Shown: piece by piece, positions 33,134-42,186 of the stretch
How the letters are laid out: each line of letters starts with the position of its first letter
How positions within the stretch are numbered: position 1 is the first letter of the stretch
From: Phycisphaerae bacterium
GTDB lineage: Bacteria; Planctomycetota; Phycisphaerae; WQYP01
Length of the DNA stretch: 42,186 bases
Direction: 5' to 3'
Assembly: GCA_044344145.1 (NCBI GenBank)
Contig: JBIJDM010000002.1
Span: 1-42,186, forward strand
Made by a program: the position numbers and the translations under genes
The notes under the pieces: generated by a model
Databases searched by the model: none
Seen by the model: the letters and a program-made list of their open reading frames with translations, nothing else
What the model was told of the DNA's origin: nothing

Positions 33134-34846
33134 ATGATGCACGAACCACCGCCAACCTCGCCCTTGTGTAATCGTTCCGCCACGCGCTGGCCGTGGCTGG
33201 CGACCGGGCTCGTGATGGTAATTTACTTTTGTGTGGTATTACGTTGGATCAGTGCCAGCACCGCCATCCCCACGTTTGATCAGGCGGCTTATGTCGAGCA
33301 GTCCTATTATCTGGCCGATTTGCTATACCATCGCCCCCTGCAGCTACTTAATCCGTGGGCGCTGATCGGCGGAGATTGGGCCAACCGTCCCCCGCTGTTT
33401 CCGTTAATCACAGCGCCCTTGGGGATGCAAGCGGATCCGCGTCTGCTGGCCATGGTTTGGCTGGGTGCCCGCATGGCCGTGCTGGGTCTTGCGCTCTACG
33501 CATTAGCCCGGCGCATCGGCCCCGGCTGGTGGTTGCCCGCGGCCAGCGCGGTGATTCTGGCCCATCCCAATAATCTGACAGTCTATCCGCATCTGCTCAT
33601 GGCCGATCAGATGTTTGAGATGGTAGGGCTATTGGTCTGGGTTATCGGCTTGTATTATCTGGATCAACCCACCTGGCGCCGGGGGATCGGCTTTGTCTTG
33701 AGCATGATTGCGCTGCTCTTGATCAAACCCGCCGCGCTGGCGTGGGCGTTTCCGCTGGTGATGATCTGCGGTTGGGTCTTGTACCGGCAACATCGGTTAT
33801 CAGCCAAGTCCCGGCAATGGTGGGTGACCACGGTCCTGATCCCCGCCGGGGTGGGGCTGGGATTACTGGCGTTGCTGGCCACCACGCGGTATCTGCCCTC
33901 AGTCGTGGGGCAATATGCCGACGGGGCCCGTGGTTACTGGGCCACCAAAACCAGTTGGATTGAGCAGGCCCGGATGGCCGGTTGGTTGCTGGCGCCATGG
34001 CTATTAGTCCCGTTGCTAATGATCCTCCGCAAACGCCAGCTTAACCTTATGTTTATCAGTGCCCTGCTGATGGGGCTTTGGTGGTGGATTTTCAATGCGT
34101 ATATCACTTACACCCTCGATGCCCGGATCATTTCCGCCATGTCGACGGTGGTCGTCGTGGGCATCCTGACCGCAATCACCAACCGCACTGGGCAGATCAT
34201 CACGACTCTGGTGGCATTGGGATTTTTCACACTCAGCCTGCTGAGTGCCACGGGCCACTTGCCGGTGGCCATCCGGGATCGATTGGCCCCGCTGTGCCCG
34301 TTGGGCGTTGTGCAACAGCCCAGCGTGGAAGTGGGCTTGCTCCCGATGGCGGTCAATACCAATGCCACCATCGGCATACTGGCCCCGGAGGCACCGCACC
34401 GTCTGATGCTGCTGTGTCACGATGATTTCACCGAGACCATCGCGTTCCGTCTGGCGCTGCGCCGGCTGGGGGTGGCGGACCAATATCGCTTTGAATACTT
34501 CTGCTGGCATGGCACGGATCAGGACCTGACCCACACCTTCGGCCCCGGCGGGAACCAATGGTTTATCACCAAACAACATCGTCAGGCCACCCCGCTGCAA
34601 GGGGATGCTTTTCTCAATCTTACGGCCCTGCATAAATTGGCAACTAATCCCGACAGCCCCATCGCGGCGCGGTTTGTGCGCGTGCTGGAGCAGGAAGTCC
34701 AACTGCCCGACCACCACGACACACTGACGCTCTGGCAGCTACCCACGCCGCTGAGTCCCGCCGAAATCCGCGCCGCGGCGGCGTACATACTACCGCTGTA
34801 CACAGGTAAACCGGGCGCTGCGGGCATTGCCCGGCAGGCGCAATAA
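33134..34846 (+). CDS. Polytopic membrane protein, GT-C-fold (ArnT/PMT-like) glycosyltransferase candidate
   Basis: More than 10 hydrophobic segments occupy the first ~400 aa, followed by a ~170-aa soluble C-terminal domain. The first extracytoplasmic loop has FDQAAYVEQSYY, resembling the Asp-containing loop of GT39/GT83 enzymes. The family call is tentative. Confidence 0.5.
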   Translation: MMHEPPPTSPLCNRSATRWPWLATGLVMVIYFCVVLRWISASTAIPTFDQAAYVEQSYYLADLLYHRPLQLLNPWALIGGDWANRPPLFPLITAPLGMQADPRLLAMVWLGARMAVLGLALYALARRIGPGWWLPAASAVILAHPNNLTVYPHLLMADQMFEMVGLLVWVIGLYYLDQPTWRRGIGFVLSMIALLLIKPAALAWAFPLVMICGWVLYRQHRLSAKSRQWWVTTVLIPAGVGLGLLALLATTRYLPSVVGQYADGARGYWATKTSWIEQARMAGWLLAPWLLVPLLMILRKRQLNLMFISALLMGLWWWIFNAYITYTLDARIISAMSTVVVVGILTAITNRTGQIITTLVALGFFTLSLLSATGHLPVAIRDRLAPLCPLGVVQQPSVEVGLLPMAVNTNATIGILAPEAPHRLMLLCHDDFTETIAFRLALRRLGVADQYRFEYFCWHGTDQDLTHTFGPGGNQWFITKQHRQATPLQGDAFLNLTALHKLATNPDSPIAARFVRVLEQEVQLPDHHDTLTLWQLPTPLSPAEIRAAAAYILPLYTGKPGAAGIARQAQ

Positions 34847-34851
34847 GCCTA

Positions 34852-37803
34852 TCAGTTAACCAGCGCATCCATTCCAGCGCAACTGCAGACCAGATTACGG
34901 TCACCGTAGGGATTATCAATCCGCGCCACGGCGGGCCAGAATTTGTACGCCTTCAGCCACGGGGCGGGATAGGCCGCCTGCTGGCGGGTGTAGCCATGGG
35001 TCCAGGTATCCCCGCAGACCATAGCCGCAGTGTGCGGGGCCTGCTTGAGGGGGTTATCGGTGCGCGAAAGCTTGCCTTCGGCGATGTCCTGAATCTCCTG
35101 CCGGATGGCGATCATGGCGTCACAGAAGCGGTCCAATTCCGCCTTGGATTCACTTTCCGTGGGCTCGATCATCAGCGTACCGGGCACAGGCCAGCTCATG
35201 GTCGGGGCATGGAAGCCATAATCCATGAGTCGTTTGGCCACATCTTCAGGCTTGATCCCGGCGCTGGCCTCGAAGGGCCGCAGGTCAATAATGAACTCGT
35301 GGGCACACAAACCGTGCGGGCCTTTGAACAGAATCGGATAGTGGGTTTCCAGCCGGTGCCGCATGTAGTTGGCGTTAAGGATCGCCACCTGCGTGGCCAT
35401 CCGCAAACCGGTGGTGCCCATGGCACAAATGTAGGCATAACTGATCGGCAAGATGCTGGCGCTGCCAAACTTGGCCGCAGAAACCGCCCCGGCGGTTTTG
35501 GCATCATACGCCAGCGGATCGCAGGGCAGATACGGCACCAGATGCTTGGCCACGCAGATCGGGCCCATGCCCGGACCGCCACCACCGTGGGGGATGCAGA
35601 ACGTTTTGTGCAGGTTGATATGGCAGACGTCCGCGCCAATTTCACGCGGCCGGCAGACACAAACCTGCGCGTTCATGTTGGCGCCGTCCAGATACACCTG
35701 TCCGCCGTGGGCGTGGATGGTGCGGGTCACTTCCTTGATGTTGGCCTCGAACACGCCGTGTGTGGAAGGATAGGTGATCATCAGGCACGCCAGATTATCG
35801 GCGTGGGTCTGCGCCTGGGTGCGCAGGTCTTGTAGATCAATATTGCCCTCGCTGTCGCACGCCACGGGCACCACGGTCAGCCCCGCCACCACGGCGCTGG
35901 CGGGATTGGTGCCATGCGCGGAGGTGGGAATCAGACAGATATTGCGATGCCCCTGCCCTTTGGCTTCCAGATAGGCGCGGATGGTGATCAGGCCGGCATA
36001 TTCGCCCTGCGAACCGGCGTTGGGTTGCAAGCTGCAACCCGACAGGCCGGTCACCCGGATCAGCGCTTTGCTCAGGGCATCGAGCAATCGGGTATAACCG
36101 CGGGCCTGCCGTTTGGGGGCATAGGGATGCAACTGACTGACTTCCGGCCAGGTCACCGGAAGCATTTCCACCGTGGCGTTGAGCTTCATGGTGCACGACC
36201 CCAGCGGGATCATGGATTGGGTCAGCGACAGATCGCGGCTTTCCAGCCGTTTGATATAACGGAGCATCTCGGTTTCGCTGTGGTACGAGTTGAAAACCGG
36301 ATGGGTCAAAAACGCACTGGTGCGTTGTAAGGCGGGCGGGATAAAGCTATAGGTACGGGTGGTGACCGAGACCGTCGGGTCCAGCGCCAGCCGGCCTTCG
36401 CAACACAGGCGGATCAGATGATGCGACTCATTGGCCGTGGTGGTTTCATCAAAACTCACTCCGACGGTGTTATCTGCAAACAAGCGGACATTGTAGTTAT
36501 TTTTGCGCAGGGTCTCGACCATTTCTTCCGCCGTCACCCCGATGGGTTCGAAGCGCACCGTGTCAAAACACTGCCGGGTTTTCATGATGTGGCCGAAACC
36601 GCGGATGTTGGTGGCAAATTCCGCCATCAGGGCCTGAACGCGCTGGGCAATGCGGCGCAGCCCGGCGGGGCCATGATACTGGGCATACATGCTGGCCATA
36701 ATCGCCAGCAGCACCTGCGCGGTGCAGATATTGCTGGTGGCTTTGTCGCGCCGGATATGTTGTTCGCGGGTCTGCAAACTCAATCGCAATGCGGGCTGGC
36801 CGTTGGCATCTTTTGACACCCCCACCAGCCGGCCGGGCATCTTGCGTACCAATTCGGGCCGGGTGGCCATAAAGGCCGCGTGCGGCCCGCCATAACCCAT
36901 GGGGATACCAAACCGTTGGGCGCTACCGACCACGATATCCGCGCCCCACTCGCCGGGGGGTTTGAGCAGCGTCAGCGCCAGCAGATCCGTGGCCACGACC
37001 ACCAAACCGCCGACCGCATGCACCGCGTTCACCAGCGTGGTGTGATCAAAAATGTTGCCCGAGGTATCGGGATACTGTACCAACACGCCACATACTTCGG
37101 GCGTGATGGGATAATTCAAGATATCCGCCACCACGCGGCAATCCACGCCCTGCCAGCGGGTACGGGTTTTAACCACGGCCAGCGTTTGGGGATGGCACTG
37201 GTCCGAGACCAGAAACACCCGCTTCTGCTCCACTGCATCCGCAACGCTGCCAAAGACCATATTGATAGCTTCCGCCGCGGCCGTGGCTTCGTCCAGCAGC
37301 GACGAATTGGCCATGGGCAGACCGGTCAGGTCGGCAATCATAGTTTGAAAGTTCAGCAGCGCTTCCAGACGACCCTGGGAAATTTCCGCCTGATACGGGG
37401 TGTACTGGGTATACCAGCCGGGATTTTCCAGCACATTACGCAGGATCACGCCGGGCGTGCTGGTGTCGTAATACCCCTGACCGATCAGCGAGCGCATGAT
37501 GGTGTTTTGGCTGAACAGGTACTTCATTTCCTTGATCAGTTCCCGTTCGCCCAGCGCCGGCCCCACGGTAATGGCATCGCGCCGGCGGATATCTTTCGGC
37601 ACGGCGGCATTGGATAGCGCATCGAGATCGCGGTAGCCCAGTTCGGTCAGCATCTGGTCCAATTCCGCCTGGGGACTGCCCAAATGGCGGAAGAGGAACG
37701 TATCGCAGGCTTCTACATTCGCGGCCGGGGCCTTGTCGTAGTAGTACGCGGTCATCACCCCACCATCGAGCGCGAGCGAACGGAAAGCCGGATTAAATTC
37801 CAT
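34852..37803 (-). CDS. gcvP: Glycine dehydrogenase (decarboxylating), single-chain P-protein of the glycine cleavage system
   Basis: ~980-aa length, FLFRHLG near the N-terminus, YTPYQAEISQGRLE, and the PLP-lysine block HINLHKTFCIPHGGGGPG. An alternative internal start is M17 (37755). Confidence 0.95.
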   Translation of the reverse strand: MEFNPAFRSLALDGGVMTAYYYDKAPAANVEACDTFLFRHLGSPQAELDQMLTELGYRDLDALSNAAVPKDIRRRDAITVGPALGERELIKEMKYLFSQNTIMRSLIGQGYYDTSTPGVILRNVLENPGWYTQYTPYQAEISQGRLEALLNFQTMIADLTGLPMANSSLLDEATAAAEAINMVFGSVADAVEQKRVFLVSDQCHPQTLAVVKTRTRWQGVDCRVVADILNYPITPEVCGVLVQYPDTSGNIFDHTTLVNAVHAVGGLVVVATDLLALTLLKPPGEWGADIVVGSAQRFGIPMGYGGPHAAFMATRPELVRKMPGRLVGVSKDANGQPALRLSLQTREQHIRRDKATSNICTAQVLLAIMASMYAQYHGPAGLRRIAQRVQALMAEFATNIRGFGHIMKTRQCFDTVRFEPIGVTAEEMVETLRKNNYNVRLFADNTVGVSFDETTTANESHHLIRLCCEGRLALDPTVSVTTRTYSFIPPALQRTSAFLTHPVFNSYHSETEMLRYIKRLESRDLSLTQSMIPLGSCTMKLNATVEMLPVTWPEVSQLHPYAPKRQARGYTRLLDALSKALIRVTGLSGCSLQPNAGSQGEYAGLITIRAYLEAKGQGHRNICLIPTSAHGTNPASAVVAGLTVVPVACDSEGNIDLQDLRTQAQTHADNLACLMITYPSTHGVFEANIKEVTRTIHAHGGQVYLDGANMNAQVCVCRPREIGADVCHINLHKTFCIPHGGGGPGMGPICVAKHLVPYLPCDPLAYDAKTAGAVSAAKFGSASILPISYAYICAMGTTGLRMATQVAILNANYMRHRLETHYPILFKGPHGLCAHEFIIDLRPFEASAGIKPEDVAKRLMDYGFHAPTMSWPVPGTLMIEPTESESKAELDRFCDAMIAIRQEIQDIAEGKLSRTDNPLKQAPHTAAMVCGDTWTHGYTRQQAAYPAPWLKAYKFWPAVARIDNPYGDRNLVCSCAGMDALVN

Positions 37804-37836
37804 GAGTTACAGTCCTATTTATTTGCCAAAAGAAAC

Positions 37837-37858
37837 GGCCCAAACATAAAGTTGGGCC
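37837..37858 (-). terminator. Terminator/attenuator-like hairpin in the gcvP 5' leader
   Basis: On the minus strand: GGCCCAA-CTTTATGT-TTGGGCC followed by GTTTCTTTTGG. It ends about 34 nt upstream of the gcvP ATG, so it is a 5' leader element rather than a 3' terminator. Confidence 0.45.
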
Positions 37859-37912
37859 TGCAAAATGTCAGAGTTTACCAAAAGCATCTTAAATGTGTTA
37901 GGGGACGGGGCA

Positions 37913-37921
37913 TGGTATAAT
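37913..37921 (+). promoter_or_regulatory. Candidate extended -10 promoter (TGgTATAAT) facing the MFP-RND operon
   Basis: TGGTATAAT on the plus strand about 170 nt upstream of the MFP start. The -35 element is poor. This is a sequence match only. Confidence 0.25.
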
Positions 37922-38089
37922 CCTTAAACATCTGCATGATGGCTACTTACGTACTTTTATTCATGCTTTCGTGGTGCGGAATACATTCTGATTCGATCGC
38001 AACCTGCGGTTGAACGTCTTTCCCGACGCGTAAGGACGCGGCTATAATATTGAACGTTTAATAAATAACGCCTTGAGGAGTCTATTTTG

Positions 38090-39328
38090 ATGTCCCTTAT
38101 TTTTCCCCCCATAACCCCATGGCACCAGCGTCCCTTGTGGGCCTGCAGTATTGGCCTGTGTCTGTTTTTATCGGTCGCGGGTTGCCGTGAACATAAAACT
38201 TCTGCGCCCGCGCCGGAGGCGGTGCGGGTGGCCAAGTTGGTGCCGGAAGAGATCACCCTCGCCACACGCTTCAGTGCTACGGTACGCCCCCGGCAGAGCG
38301 TGGACCTGGCCTTCAAAGTACCCGGGCGGGTGCAATATTTGTATAAAACCGATGGACTGCGTTTTGTCCAAGAAGGCGACCGCGTGGCCAAGGATACCAT
38401 TCTGGCGAAACTCGATACCGCCGATGCCCAGCGCGATGTGGATGTGGCCAACGCCCAATTGGGTGCGGTGACCGAGGCGGTGCGCAAAGCCCAGTCGAAT
38501 CTGGACCAGGCCCAGCGTGATTTTGAACGGACTGCCGGGCTGTATGAACGCCGCGTGGCCACGCAAAAGGAATTCGAAGACAACCGTACCCGGCTGGATG
38601 CCGCCAAAGCGGATCACACCGGGGCCCAGCGCAATTTGGAAGCAGCCGCAGGCACGCTGGCGCAGGCCGGGGCGCGGCTGCAGGACTGCACGCTGCAAGT
38701 CCCCATCAATAATGCCACGATCGTATTGCGCGCCATCGAGCCCGATGAGGTGATTCCCGCGGGCCGGCAGGCGTTCCGTATTATGGATGTTTCCGAAGTC
38801 CGGGTGGCTTTTGGCGTGCCCGATACCATGCTGGGCGGGGCGCTGGCGGGAGAAAGCGTCAATACCGTCAGTCTGGGGCAGGAAATTGAAATTCAAGCCG
38901 ACGCGTTTGAAGGCAGTCGGTTTACCGGACGCATCACCAAAATCGCCGCGGCGGCGGATGCCGATTCGCGGACCTTTCTCACCGAAGTCACGGTGCCCAA
39001 TCCCGATGGCCGACTGAAATCCGGCATGATCGTCACGCTCTCGGTGGGCCAAAAACGCAGCAATATGCTGCTCGTACCGATGCATGCCGTACAACGCGGG
39101 GTGGGGCCGCAGGATACCGTGCTCTATGTCATCAACGAAAAAACCGGCAACACCGCCCAACCGCGGCAGGTCCGGCTCGGGGCGGTCTATGATCAACGCG
39201 TCGAAATCCGTCCCGGCAGTGAAGTCAAACCCGGCGATCGGATCGTCATCAGCGGCGCCAACCGCATCGTGACGGACCAGCCGCTGATTATTCTGCCCGC
39301 AGACCCCAGCCCGGCGGTGCGGCCATGA
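38090..39328 (+). CDS. Efflux RND transporter periplasmic adaptor subunit (MFP/HlyD family), lipoprotein
   Basis: The lipobox is LSVAG|C after a hydrophobic N-terminus. A coiled-coil hairpin region (DVDVANAQLGAV...LDQAQRDFERT...LEAAAGTLAQAGARLQD) is flanked by beta-barrel-type segments. The ATG at 38090 has GAGGAG 9 nt upstream. The stop overlaps the RND start in an ATGA arrangement. Confidence 0.9.
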   Translation: MSLIFPPITPWHQRPLWACSIGLCLFLSVAGCREHKTSAPAPEAVRVAKLVPEEITLATRFSATVRPRQSVDLAFKVPGRVQYLYKTDGLRFVQEGDRVAKDTILAKLDTADAQRDVDVANAQLGAVTEAVRKAQSNLDQAQRDFERTAGLYERRVATQKEFEDNRTRLDAAKADHTGAQRNLEAAAGTLAQAGARLQDCTLQVPINNATIVLRAIEPDEVIPAGRQAFRIMDVSEVRVAFGVPDTMLGGALAGESVNTVSLGQEIEIQADAFEGSRFTGRITKIAAAADADSRTFLTEVTVPNPDGRLKSGMIVTLSVGQKRSNMLLVPMHAVQRGVGPQDTVLYVINEKTGNTAQPRQVRLGAVYDQRVEIRPGSEVKPGDRIVISGANRIVTDQPLIILPADPSPAVRP

Positions 39329-42186
39329 CCACCAGCCAATTCTTTGTCTATCACCGTCCGATTGCGTGGGTGGCGCTGCTGGCGTGCCTGCTCTGGGGGG
39401 TGTTTGGCTATCTGCGTATGCCCCAGCGGCTGGATCCGATCATACCCATCGGCAATGCCGTGGTGGTCACGTCGTATCCGGGCGCCTCGGCGTTGGAAGT
39501 GGAACAGGAAGTTTCCCGCAAAGTCGAGTTGGCATTGGGCGAGGTGGCCGGGGTTAAACGCACCTATTCCACCAGCCGGCCGGGCTTTTCCGCGGTCTTT
39601 GTCGAACTGCATGATTCGGTCCGCGATACCGACCTGCATTGGCTGGAATTACAACGGCGTCTAAGTGCGATCCCCGATCTGCCGGAGGTGAACGGGGTGC
39701 GGGTACATCCGCTGCTCAACAAGGATTTTGGCGATACGGTGGCGGTTTTACTGACGCTGAGTGCCCCGCCAGTATCGGATTTCGAACTCAACCTGCGCGC
39801 CAACTCGATCATCGAAACCTTGCAGCAGACCCGCGCGGCTCTGCCGGAAGCTACCCGCGCCCGGCGTTGGGCGGGGGTACTGGTATATCCCGATACGGTG
39901 GCGCGCTCATACGTCCTGCGCATCGGGCGCAACTTGCTCCAGCAGATGGCCAGTGCGGGGATGCTGGTCGGCCCGGCCCATATTGTGGAAGCCCCCGGCG
40001 CGGGGTGTATTGATTTTGAACTCGCCCCCGGCTTCACGGTAGCCGATTTGGAGCACCTGACGACCAGGCTCCACGCCCAGGAAGGCAATGGCCGGGTGCA
40101 TCCGGACATCTGGCCGGGGTTGTGGGTGCAGGACCTTACAACCTTACCCCAGGCCCTGCGGCGCGTCGCCAGCGACCGTTACACCTACCGGCAGTTGCGT
40201 GATTTCGCCCAACACACCCGCGACCGGCTGCGTCAGTCCCCCACCGTGGCCAAGGTGGACCTGATCGGTGTACAGGAAGAACAGGTTACCCTCTATTACA
40301 GCGGTCAACGCTTTACGCAATATGGCCTGGCACCCCATGACGTGCTGACGCGGTTACAGGCCCGCAACACCAATCTCCCCGGCGGGCGTGTGGAACTTCC
40401 CGAACAGAACATCATCGTCAAACCTTCGGGACGTTTTACCAGTGCCACCGAGATCGGCGATGTGGTCACCGGCACGGTGAGTGAGTTTGGCTATCCGCTG
40501 TATCTGCGCGATTTGGTGGAGGTGGTGCGCGGCTATCAGGACCCGCCGGATGTGATGAATTTCCGTACGGTCAAAGCGGACACGCAAAAGCCCCTCACTG
40601 CCCTGCTGCCGGGAGAAATCCAGCCCGGGACGTTTTCGCTGCATCTGAATACCCCGCCACCGGCGGAGTATCAATTGCAGAATGGCCGCGCCATCACGCT
40701 GGCGATCCAGCAGGTCAAGGGCAGCAACATCCACACCTTTGATAAAGATTTAACCCAGGCGCTCACCGAGTTGCAGGCCACACTGCCCGCCGATCTGCGG
40801 ATTGAACGCACCAGCGATGAGCCCACGCATGTGGTGGAACGGCTGTCGGAGTTCAATAGCTGTCTGATCGAGGCCATCCTGATTGTCATCGCCTGTTGTG
40901 TGCTGATTATGGAATGGCGCAGCGCGGCGTTGGTGGCGATTTCGATTCCTCTAACCATTGCCATGACGTTGGGTATGTGCCAACTGATCGGCATTGATGT
41001 CCAGCAGGTTTCGATTGCGGCATTGATCATTGCACTGGGTTTGCTGGTGGATGATCCCGTGGTGGCGGCCGATGCGATTAATCGCAGTCTGGCCACGGGC
41101 AAGACGCCCGATGTGGCCGCCTGGTATGGTCCGGACAAACTGGCCCGCGCGATCATGTATGCCACGTTGACCAATTGCGTGGCCTTCCTGCCGCTGTTAT
41201 TGATTGAAGGCAAGACCGGGGATTTCGTCTATTCGCTGCCGGTGATGGTGGCGACCAGTCTGGTGGCCAGCCGGATTGTCTCGATGACGTTTGTACCGTT
41301 GCTGGGGTATTACCTGCTGCGCGGCCAATCCAGTCTGAACAGCCAGACGCACAAGAATCTGGCGGCCCGGGGCTATTACGCGCTTTGCCATTGGTGTGTG
41401 AATCACAAGGCCGTGGTTTTGTCCGGGGCGTTAGTGGCGTTGCTGGTGGGCGCAGGTCTGACCACGCAAATCGGTTCCGCCTTCTTTCCCAAAGACCTGC
41501 AACAGGTGTTTGTGGTGAATGTATACCTGCCCGAGGGGGCGCCGATCCAACAGTCCCAGAAGGTGGCCCAGCAGGTCATCGCCCGGATGGATACGCTGGA
41601 AGGCAAGCATCTGCACAGCTTTACCACGTTTGTCGGGGCCGGGGGACCGCGCTTCTGGTTGAGCATCGCACCCGAACAGCGCGCGGATAATTACGCCCAG
41701 ATTCTGGTGCATACCAATGACCGTTGGCAGACCGCCGCCGTGGTGGGTCGGCTGAAACAGAGCCTGCCCAGCGGCATTGCCGAAGCCCGGGTTACGGTCC
41801 AGCAACTCGAAACCGGCCCGCCGATCGGCATGCCGGTACAACTGCGTATCATGGGTCCGGAGGTGGGCACGCTGCGCCTGCTGGCCAGCCAAGCCAAAGA
41901 ACTGCTGCGTCAGATTCCCGGCGCCGACAATATCCATGACGACTGGGAACCGGAAAACTTCCAGATTCCCCTCGCGGTCAACGCCGACCGGGCCAATCTG
42001 GTGGGCATTTCCAATCAGGATGTGGCCGCGATTGTCGGCACCGGACTGGCCGGCGCCACGGTCACGTACATGCAGGACGGAGAATACAGCATCCCCGTGG
42101 TGCTGCGGTTGCGGCCTTCGGAACGCAGCCAACTCAACGACCTGTTCAGCCTGAATGCCATGAGTGCCAATGGCAAAGCCCGGGTG
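39325..42186 (+). CDS. Efflux RND transporter permease subunit (AcrB/CzcA superfamily), 3'-truncated by the window edge
   Basis: This CDS is not in the supplied ORF track because no stop is reached. The frame from the ATG at 39325 stays open for 954 codons to the window end. The N-terminus MTTSQFFVYHRPIAWVALLACLLWGVFGYLRMPQRLDP matches the AcrB-type start. The TM2-TM6 bundle has the conserved ALGLLVDDPVV (AcrB: AIGLLVDDAIV). Confidence 0.9.
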   Translation, partial: MTTSQFFVYHRPIAWVALLACLLWGVFGYLRMPQRLDPIIPIGNAVVVTSYPGASALEVEQEVSRKVELALGEVAGVKRTYSTSRPGFSAVFVELHDSVRDTDLHWLELQRRLSAIPDLPEVNGVRVHPLLNKDFGDTVAVLLTLSAPPVSDFELNLRANSIIETLQQTRAALPEATRARRWAGVLVYPDTVARSYVLRIGRNLLQQMASAGMLVGPAHIVEAPGAGCIDFELAPGFTVADLEHLTTRLHAQEGNGRVHPDIWPGLWVQDLTTLPQALRRVASDRYTYRQLRDFAQHTRDRLRQSPTVAKVDLIGVQEEQVTLYYSGQRFTQYGLAPHDVLTRLQARNTNLPGGRVELPEQNIIVKPSGRFTSATEIGDVVTGTVSEFGYPLYLRDLVEVVRGYQDPPDVMNFRTVKADTQKPLTALLPGEIQPGTFSLHLNTPPPAEYQLQNGRAITLAIQQVKGSNIHTFDKDLTQALTELQATLPADLRIERTSDEPTHVVERLSEFNSCLIEAILIVIACCVLIMEWRSAALVAISIPLTIAMTLGMCQLIGIDVQQVSIAALIIALGLLVDDPVVAADAINRSLATGKTPDVAAWYGPDKLARAIMYATLTNCVAFLPLLLIEGKTGDFVYSLPVMVATSLVASRIVSMTFVPLLGYYLLRGQSSLNSQTHKNLAARGYYALCHWCVNHKAVVLSGALVALLVGAGLTTQIGSAFFPKDLQQVFVVNVYLPEGAPIQQSQKVAQQVIARMDTLEGKHLHSFTTFVGAGGPRFWLSIAPEQRADNYAQILVHTNDRWQTAAVVGRLKQSLPSGIAEARVTVQQLETGPPIGMPVQLRIMGPEVGTLRLLASQAKELLRQIPGADNIHDDWEPENFQIPLAVNADRANLVGISNQDVAAIVGTGLAGATVTYMQDGEYSIPVVLRLRPSERSQLNDLFSLNAMSANGKARV

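Noticed and set aside
38168-39196. 342-aa minus-strand ORF opposite the MFP adaptor gene. Similar cases are 41431-42132 opposite the RND gene, 34016-34717 opposite the GT-C-like gene, 36880-37617 opposite gcvP, 29927-30760 opposite the permease, 13603-14445 opposite pilM, and 9643-10542 opposite the 600-aa gene.
   Set aside because: All are antisense shadows of well-supported genes in GC-rich DNA, and none has recognisable motifs.
1-42186. Scan of all intergenic stretches for tRNA/rRNA genes, transposase or integrase genes, and prophage or defence modules
   Set aside because: No intergenic stretch is long enough or has the conserved T-loop/anticodon-arm features of a tRNA. No ORF shows DDE, tyrosine or serine recombinase, or nuclease/defence motifs.

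Overview
This is a high-GC (~60%) bacterial chromosomal window with no rRNA, tRNA, CRISPR array, transposase or integrase that I can see. All functional calls come from reading motifs in the supplied translations; no searches were run. The gene content suggests a Planctomycetota/PVC-type genome, but this is inference only: a PilM-PilN fusion, a 984-aa N-terminally extended secretin, several WPxFRGP-type PQQ-like beta-propeller proteins, and weak or absent SD sequences at some starts.

Layout, left to right:
- Housekeeping genes: HPF-like, PagL-like outer-membrane protein, aldo/keto reductase, GTP-PEPCK pckG, recO, and an MBL-fold hydrolase.
- A minus-strand pilus/secretin cluster (14532 down to 6133) ending in a strong intrinsic terminator.
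- A Cys-type glutathione peroxidase.
- The most interesting region, a ~17-kb divergon (15492-32339) arranged around an 80-bp AT-rich control region. Leftward runs a seven-gene, translationally coupled operon: membrane-anchored beta-propeller, NHL-like protein, Tat-signal NapG-like polyferredoxin, NapH/CcoG-like CX3CP membrane polyferredoxin fused to a beta-propeller, NuoE-NuoF fusion with HydB-type architecture, NuoG/GltD chimera, and a GT4-like protein. No recognisable terminal catalytic subunit is present. Rightward runs a propeller / ABC ATPase / double-FtsX permease / propeller operon.
- A SAM methyltransferase, a GT-C-like membrane protein, gcvP with a hairpin-containing leader, and an MFP-RND efflux pair. 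The RND gene is open-ended at the window edge and is absent from the ORF track.

Many long ORFs antisense to, or out of frame with, these genes are high-GC artefacts and were rejected.
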